DNA of 64,000 nt from a virus, in the IMG/VR virus record IMGVR_UViG_3300005842_000010, positions 9,974 to 73,973 of that record. The stretch is one strand, 5' to 3'. This document shows, in pieces, positions 52,043 to 61,000 of this stretch. Position numbers and translations under genes: made by a program. Below the pieces are notes generated by a model. The model was given only the letters and a program-made list of their open reading frames with translations, did no database searches and had not been told where the DNA came from. Every line of letters begins with the position of its first letter. The stretch's first letter is position 1.

Positions 52043-55000
52043 CCCGCGCCCTACACGCAACGTCGGTCCCCGACGGCCAGTTCCCACCCGCGGACGCCTC
52101 GGCGCCAGGGTTCGGCGACCTGAAAGCGCTTGGCTGCGCGGGGAAAACGTTCTAGGACGAGTTGACCCACCATATCCACCCACCCCAGCCGATCCGGCTT
52201 GCGTAGCGCCCTGGCGCGCCTCACCGCTGGCGGCTGTGGCGCGAGACGGAGTATCCACTCCGATATCTGACAAAGCCTGCTTATTAGCCCGTTTGTAGGC
52301 TGACTGAGCCTCTTTGGCTGTGGCTTCCGGACCAAGATCGGCTAATTCCTGCTTGAGATATTGCCCACGAGCCACTGTGTAGCTCTGCAACTCCTTATCA
52401 GTCATCGGCCTAAACTTGCCGTCGATGGCATAGCCACGGTTAGGATCGATGGAAGGCGGGCGCCAGCCGTTGGCGAAGAGCGCCTGGTAAGCCGCCGCGC
52501 CTTCCCGGGCCTTATCGTTAATCGGCACGAGGTTATTGCCGCCGGTAAGGATTTCCGTCACTCGCTGAACGGCGTTACCGCTACCGACCGGATCGCCAAG
52601 GAAGTTGACCTGAGCCGACCCGCTGGACTTGAGCGGCATGAAATAGTCCCAAACCGAGGCTGTTCGGGTATCCAGCACCACACCGTTTGCCATCCTTAGA
52701 ACCTCCTGTATTCCAGGCTGGTACGGAGACAGCGCGCTGGCTATTGATGAAATGGACTTCTCTACATGAAATGTACCCTGCTCCGAGAACGCGCTAAGCA
52801 ATCCGGAGATAGTTCTGCCGCTGGTTAATGCCCGCCAAGCTGCACTCATGGCCGCGGCAAGATAATCACCAGTGCTTCGCTCACGTATCTTTCCGGGTTC
52901 AATCCCAAGCTTTTCAGCCTCGGCATTCAGCTTGTCCTGGGCCTTCTTCTCATTGGCGCCGAGGTCGTGAATTGCCGCGCCAGCGCTCAGCCCTGGCGCA
53001 AACATGGCCGCCCAACCGACATTCAGGCTCAATCGGATATGTTTGCCGTCTCCGGTAGGGATATCCACCTGCCCAGGCTTCCAGCCCATACGGTCCCACA
53101 GTTGCCGTTCTTCTTTGTCCTTCGGCCAAGCTAGGCGAACGATAATGAATCCGGCGGCAACCAATAGATACATTGCAATTTGCCCAAGTATTCCAATGCC
53201 AGCCTCGACTTTGCGCTGTTTGCGCTGCTCGGGATACTTGTAGAACGGGGATCCTCCCTTAGCTATGCCATCTTCACCAAGCTCTCGCTCGTCAACACCG
53301 AACCAGCCGGGCTTGAATCCGAGCCCAACCCAAGTCAGCTTGCGATTGAGCATGATCCCGATGGCGTTGCCAAATCGCGTCATGGCCGTTATGCCGATAC
53401 CGATCGGCAACCCAGCTATACCTGCACCTGAAATGTTGCGCCCCAACTTTGAGACATCGCGCATAATGCTTGCTGCTGTGCCACCAACCCCGCCCTCTTC
53501 GCGCTCATTCCAGGCGTTCGTTTCGAGCATGAACATGTTGCGATTCCGGTAATCGTCAGCATCCATCCCAATCGTTCTCATGCGCTCGTATGCTTTGGCC
53601 TCCGCAATCCTCCAGGCGGCATGACTAACGGCCCGCTTGGTCGTTTCCTTGCCAGCCCCTTCAAGGAATAGCTTCGCCATCTCTGTCGCCAATACCGCTT
53701 CGAGCTTCGGGTCTCCAACGACGAAATCCGCCTTTGCTTCCGCCTCTAACTCAGTCATTCCATTGGCGCGCATTGCACGCACGACCTGTTGATGCATCTC
53801 TTGATGAACCAGCGGCACGCCCTGAAACTGATCGAGTGATTGGGCAATCACGTAGCCAATCTTGTGAAATGTCGCAAACTTGAGCAGAAAGGCTTTTGCG
53901 TGCTCACCCTTGGCGTCGAGTTCATCCGCCCGCTGCATCATTTTGTCATAGATGCTTACCCGTTGCATGATCGCAGCGACGTTCCGGCCCTGATTGGCGC
54001 CGGTAACCACCGCGCCAGCGGCACTCAACGCACCACGAAGCGCTTTAGCTCGCGCCTTGTAGGCTGCACCTATGGAAACCGACAGGTCTTTCCAGACGGC
54101 CCCAACGTCAGATCGGTTCCTCGTGCCAGCCGCTACTGCCTGTTCGTGCAGCATCAGCGTATGGGCAATGGCTGACGTTGGGGTATAAGTTGTCATCTGG
54201 GTAATGACGACATCGATAAATTGCCGTGTGGCAAACCCAGGTTTCGCTAGAAAATTAGCTGAAATGTAATCCCCGATCGCGCTGGTGATGTTCTCCCGGC
54301 CCGCCCGGGTGCGGATCGTGTACGGCTTCATGAACCGCGATAACGAGGTTTCGATCTCCTTACGTAGCCGCATCTGCTCATCCGCGAGTCCGGCCGACTT
54401 CAGCCGAAGCATCTCTTCCTGCTGCTCAACGGTCTTGCCTGCCGCCTCTTCGGGGGTGAGCTTGCTAATCTCGTCAAGCTTGTCCGCCCAGCGCTTTACC
54501 TGCTGCAGTTGCTCATCTGTCGGTATCTTCCAGCCGGGCTCGATCCTGGCCATCTCGCGCAAGACGTTCCACGGTTTGCCTTCTCCCCCACGAATAAGCT
54601 CAATGATCTTGCTACCTATGCGCGTGCCCGGGCCCCACCGCTTGCGCATCGTCGGAGCGTGCTTTTTAAGCGCGTCCTCGAGAGCCTTGCGCAGTTTATC
54701 AACCTCTTCCTGGGTTTCCCTCGCTCCACCGCCGGCGGTTCCTTGTGCTTTGCGCAACCTCTCAATTTCAGCGCGGGCTTTTTCTAATTCATCCAATACA
54801 CGCCGCATAGCATCTCCACCGAGGGCCTGCGACCAGATTTTACCCAGCTCAGCATCGATATTCCGCCCACTCGTGATTGCGTCATCGCGCACGCCCATGA
54901 GCGCGCGGAGGGCCAGGCCGCGGGCGCTGGCATCGCTCTGCACTGCCGACCATAACTCCACCCGGATCCATGGCTGCATCTCGGCCATGGCGCTTTTGCT

Positions 55001-58000
55001 GGCTGGCATCTCGAAATTCTGCCGGATGCTGTTGATGATAGCGCCCAGGTCCTGGCGCGCCTTGCCCGGCTCGCTCTTAGCCAACTCTTCCTTGTACCGG
55101 CGCAGCAACGCCTCGCCGTCGGGTGTCGTATCTCGCCCTTGTGGCGTCATCACCCAGACTGGAAACTCCTGGCCGTTCTGCTCAACGATTTGCTCAGTGC
55201 TCGGGATACCAACGGAATCTAGAATGTCCTTTGCCAACTTGTGGCCGGCGGCCGGATCAAGTTGCTCTCGGCCCAGGACGTAGTATTCAGCACCGAGGAC
55301 CATCGTCGGTATACGATGTTGCTCTGCCGCCTCGTCGAGCATTCGATCCATCTCTTCTTTCTGCTCGTCTGCCGAAAGAGAATATTTCGTCTCGCCTGGC
55401 GTTGATGTCCCATCTCTCTGTCGCTTGGCAAACTTGAGCACCGCATCAGCCAGCGCCTCGCGCGCGCGCCTTAAGTCGCTAAAATACTGTTCGGCCCCAT
55501 ACTTTCTCAAACCAACCACGAGCCTTTTGAAGAAATCGCTAACTATTCTGGCGAACCGAGAGAATAGCGACGGCTCTTTTTCGTAAAGCCGATTCCAGAA
55601 TGCCGGGTCGATGAAGCTGTCGCCAAGAAGATCGGCGTTTAAGTTCTCTCTGGCTAATGCCTCATCTGGTAATTCCATCTTCGCCCGACCGTAAGAACTT
55701 CGCATCAGCGTCCAATACTTTATGAATCCAGCTTGCAAGGGATCAAGCACAGCGGCGAGTTCTTCATAAAGCGCTGGGTCCGACCTCGCGATCTCGTGCG
55801 TCAGCTCGTGGCCAACGACACTAAGCCATGGTTGTTTGGATTCGGCGTTGACGAACAGGACTCCGGGGATTTCTTTTTGCACGAATCCGTTAATTCCCGG
55901 CCCTGGAGATGTGATAAAAGCAATCTGGACTCCCAGAATCTGTTCAAGGGCTTCCCGGATATTTCCAGCCACCTGTTGGTCAGTACTAGGATTAAGTCCC
56001 GCGCCTGGCGGCTCGACTTCTCGAATAGGCTGATCAGGTCCTCCTCGCTGAGGAGATGGAGGGCGAAGTCGAGAGAGTAACTGAACGGCGGCGCTTCTAC
56101 GTTTATCCACGACCCGTCTATCTTCAGGCTGTAGCAATGGCTCTCTGGCTCCGGGAACTTCTTCCTTTCCAGCACTTCCAGCATCGTCAATGCTGGCTTG
56201 TCTGTATCGTTCATTTGTTCTTTCTAATTCAGCCACCGAAATTGGATTGGCTGGTTCAAATCTTCCTTCGAGAATGTTGTCGAGAAACTCCTTCTGATTC
56301 GGTCGCAGCTTTAGTGCGCGCTTGATAGCGTCTATAACCTGAGAAATGATCGCTTTAACTTTAGCCCAGAATCCCTCGACAGTTGAGCCAACCTTTTTCT
56401 GGTAGTGGTTGCTCATGGTGTGCACGAAGTACTCTTCGGCTGATGAAATCGGGTAAAGCATCGAACGCAGCGCAAGCGGGTAACCGCGTGACAGGAAATC
56501 ATCTCCGCCCACTGTGGGATTATCTCTTATATCAGTTAAGGCGGTAACGGTCTCAGGTTTTCCAGCTTCTTGCGCTTCTTTGATTAGGACGTCTGCTGTG
56601 GCAACTCTTTGGCGATCAAATTCCACCTTCATTTCCTCTGGCATGATTGGCCATAGGAGGCCGTGAGATAATTCGTGCGGTCCCGTAATTGGATCGGCGC
56701 TTCTAGCAATTGATATGATGGTTTGTATTCCACTTCCCCGCTCGGTCGTTCCTTGGAAGTCGCCATCCAAATGATCTGTCACGATGAGCTTTATATCCGG
56801 AGCGAGTGCCATAACCGGCTCGCTCAGAAACGCGGCCATGAGCTTTTCGGTTTGCTCCGGTAATCCCATGTGTGGGAGTAAGGCGCTTAGCTCTGCATGC
56901 GATCGCGCCTGGTAAGTCGGCAGTGATTCCGTGAGCTCCGCCGGTGGCTCGGTCGCGAGACTGCCTTGCTTTCGCAGCACTTCGACGATGGGTTTGTAAC
57001 GAATAACCTTTGCCATCACCGCTTCTGCGTTGTCGCCAGTCGGGATGAAGTAGCGCATCTGATAAGCGATTCGTTCCATGAGCACGCCATTACGCTTCAA
57101 CTCTTCTTGATGGGTGTAATCCGGTCCGGTGATTTCAATCCTGTCCTCGCCGCTCACGTAACGCCTGGAAATCTTCCATCCGTTGGAAAGGTTGAGCACG
57201 GCTGCATCTTCAAGGACCGCATCGACCGCCTGGGCGGGCGTCATATCGATCTTGCCTTCCAGCCCGAAATTCTTTTCCAACTCGGGCACGTAATCAGCAG
57301 GCATCAAAACGCCAAGATGTCTTTTTCCGGTATCCTCCTGGGCGCGAGCAATCCGGCTGATGCCGGGGATACGATCCCACACCGGCAAAATGGTCCCGGT
57401 AACGAGGTGGACGCGCGACACGTACGTCTTTGGCGCAGCATCGAAAGCTTTTCGCCAGATGTCTTCGGCCTTTTCCGCATTAACCATTTCGAATTTGTCG
57501 CTTTCGATTTGGTCGGTAGTCATGTAGGCACGTGTGCTTTTGACGTTTGTGCCCAGGCGATACTCTTCAGTCCTTCCGTCCGAGAGTGCCCGCGTGCGAA
57601 CAGGGTCCAACTTCCAGACCACACCGCTGCGTTTGTTGACGGTAAACTCAACACCTTTCTCTTCTGCCCAGGCTGGGTTCCACTTTGTTAGAATCGTCGG
57701 GTGCGTCTGGTCAAGCGCCACCAACTTTGTTTTCGCGCCAGTGTCCGGATCGGTATAAAGCGTTTCGTCTTTCGCGAGCTTCGTGGATTGTGCCGTCAGC
57801 GTCTCCATGCCAGCGTCGAGCGTCCCGTTTGTTTTGTGCCATTCGATAACGGCATCGAGTTGTGCGCTGAACCGTTTGAAAACCTTGTCCTGCATGTCGA
57901 GGTTAAGGCTCAGTAAACGATTCAGGAATTGCCCGATCTGGATATTCTCGCCGATGAATTGCCCGTCCTTATTGTAAAGTTCCAGCCCTGTCTGGGCAGA

Positions 58001-61000
58001 GAAGTCCGCTGGCTTAATCTCATCGAATTGATTGTTGGCCATCCCGCGCAGGAACGATCTCAGAGACTCACGCGCATACGTGCTTTCCAGATTGTCGCGA
58101 GCGTCGAACACGCCCTGGCTGGTTGTCTGCCGCTGGCCCTTGGTGAGCGCGCCGAGCTGCTCAATGCGTCGGGCAATCGTGGAAACAAAGCGCTTATGCC
58201 CTGGCACGTCCGTCGAAATCAGGATGAAATTCGGTGGCTGCTTCTGATTGCTGCGATGACTTCGGCCCAATCCCTGGATGGCGTTATCCGCCCGCCAGCC
58301 TGGTTGCGCTACGATATGATCCCGCGTGTCCTGATTCTTGAAATTCCTGTCAGCGTGATAGCTGGCGCCGGTACCGCCAGCATCCGAGAAACCCAAGATC
58401 CGTTTCTTCCGATCGTTGAACGCTGTGCGATCTGCGATGTTTGATTGCTGGTTTCGGTTTTCGACAACCTTTTTCCTGCCTTCAGGCGTATCCTTGGTGA
58501 CCACTCTTCGAGAGCGCCCGGTCACCTCGGCGACATTCTTCTCTCCAAACGTTTCGATCAATTCATCGAGCGCACCCATCGGCACTCGGATCGAGGCCAG
58601 CTTATCCTTGAGATCCTCGCGCATGGCCACCGCTTCCTTGCTCTGAACTCGGTTGCCCTCCGAATCCACAACCGGCCGGGATCTGGTGGTGCCGTTGTCG
58701 TCAGTGTATTCCTCGTATTGATCGACTGGAAAAGCATTGTCGATGTACTGGATTAGTGATTCACGCGGAGTTATATCGAGCGTCTCAAGATCGGGTGTCT
58801 CTTCTTCCTCGCCAGCCTTTGACAGCGCTCGCTCCATCTGCGCCTCATTCGTGTTGACGAGCTGCACGACGACTGAATGCCCCGCGTCAATACTGGATTT
58901 GGTCCTGCTCAGGAGTGTTGGCATCTGCAAACTTGTTAGCAGTTGGTTGAAGAACCGTTGATGAGCACCCCAGAAAGCGCTACGCGCGGCAGATTTCGCC
59001 TGTCCGTTTTTGTCGGCTCCAGTGAGGCCGAGGGCTGCATTCATGTTTCGCAGCACGATTTGCCAGGCACCGGCCAGCGCATCATACATTTCTCGCTGCT
59101 TATCGGTGAGCTTATGCTCTAGCCGCTCGTACGTGACCCCATCGAAACTCAGATTGCGCGAGACATACATTCCCATCGCTTTCAAATCTTTGGCGACGAT
59201 CTCCATCGCGCCCATGCCTTTTGAACCGATCTCGGAAATGAAAGCGTCACGATTCGGAAAAGGCGTGCCCTCTCCCCAAAGCCCGAGCGCTTCAGCGTAG
59301 GCCAGGTTGCTAACCTCAGTGGCACCAGTGGCGCTCACGTACACCTTGCGCGCTTTCGGGAACGCCGCTTGGAGTTGTATGCCCATCAAAGCTTGCTCGC
59401 TGGCTTTCTTTTTTCCGCGCGCCCCCTTGGTTTCGACCGCGTTAGCCATCTTGTGGCTTTCGTCCATGATAATGACGCCATCGAAATCTTTGCCGAGCCA
59501 CTCGACGAGCTGCTTCATTCGCGCTTCACTGCGAATCAAGCTGTACGTGCTGAACAGGACGCCATCGACGGAGGGGATCGGGTTATCCACCTTTTGGCCG
59601 GCTGGGCCAGTTTGAAGTTTAATCTTACCATGTCGGATGAGCACGTCTTTAGTCCAGCCGATGCCGTCCATGTCGCGTTGCGCGTCGAAAAACAACTTTC
59701 CATCAGCCGTTAGCCATACGTGCCTCTTTCGGCCCTGGTTCCAATTGTCCCAAATGATTGCCGAATTGGTCCTACCTTTTCCTACCCCTGTTCCGTCTCC
59801 GATGAAAAATCCACGACGGCGACCATCAGGCAATTCTCGACCGTGCGCAGCGCCAGCCAACATCACCGCTTCGAACTGCGGGCCACTCAACGCGCCGGTT
59901 GTCAGGATGGTGGACGGGAGGGACGGCTTATACTTCGTCTCAGGATATGGCACGCTCGACATCGCCGCGCTTTGCGACAGCGCCGTCGGATGATCTTTGG
60001 CACCTTTGATGTTGATTTGCGGTTTGTAGTTCTCGAATACCGCGCCCACCTCCATGTCTTTGGCCTTGGCCTCTTCGGCTGCCTCGACACTCAGGTCTTG
60101 TCCCAGTACGGCACCCTCTCCTGCGCGTGCAGGTTCAGCACTTGGAGCAGGCTGTCCCCCGCTTGGTACGGATCCTTTTCCTTCAAGAAGTCTTTCGCTA
60201 ACCGGTCCTGTTCCTCCGGTAACTCTGGGGCCGGTGCCAGCAGACACTCTAACTGTTGTTGCGGGGGCTTTGCTTGGAGGTTCCCCAGCCACTGCTCTAG
60301 GCGTCCCGGGTTCTCCACCTGCGGGTTTGGCTGGTTTAGCCTCCACTCCGCTAGTTGGAACAGGTGGAGCTGGCTCGGGTCCGGGGGCTGCTTCGCCACC
60401 GCCAGTAACTTCGCCGCCTGCTGGTTCAATGGGTGCTGGTTCAGCGCTTCGAGCTGTTGGTTCTCGTTCATTTCGTATTCCTTCCAGTAACGGTATTAAA
60501 TCCTCGATCTTTTTGACGGAAGCTGTCTGCCAGCTTTGATTCAATTGATTGGCAGGCGGAAGCTCGCCAGCTTTCGGTTTGTCGATGATAACAATCTGAT
60601 TACCGAAGCTCGTGCCGTATTTTTTGTATTCGTCTCCGCTGATGTGGACGTTGGCGCGAACGTTGTACTTGCTGGAAATCATCTTCCACCAGGCTTTGAA
60701 CGTCGCCCGATCGGCCGCCATGCCTTCACCCACGATGGCCACGAGCCGCCCTCCTGGCTGCAATCTTCCCAGCGCTTGCTCAAGGTGCGCGGTGGCAAAC
60801 TCGGTTGATTTCTTGCCCTTCATCGTCGCGCTCACGCTGAAAGGCGGATTCATTATCACGACGGTTGGGCGTACGCTGTCGGGTAAGATGTTGTCCAACT
60901 GCTCGGCGTTCTCGTGGTAGATCGGTTCGAAACCCATCTGTTCGAGAATCTTTGCACGTCGATCACTCAACTCATTGACGACTACTTTCGCACCGGTATT

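Noticed and set aside
54285-59993. Long plus-strand ORFs opposite the giant gene (for example 54285-55283 and 56966-57691)
   Set aside because: They are antisense shadows with no motifs or ribosome-binding sites.
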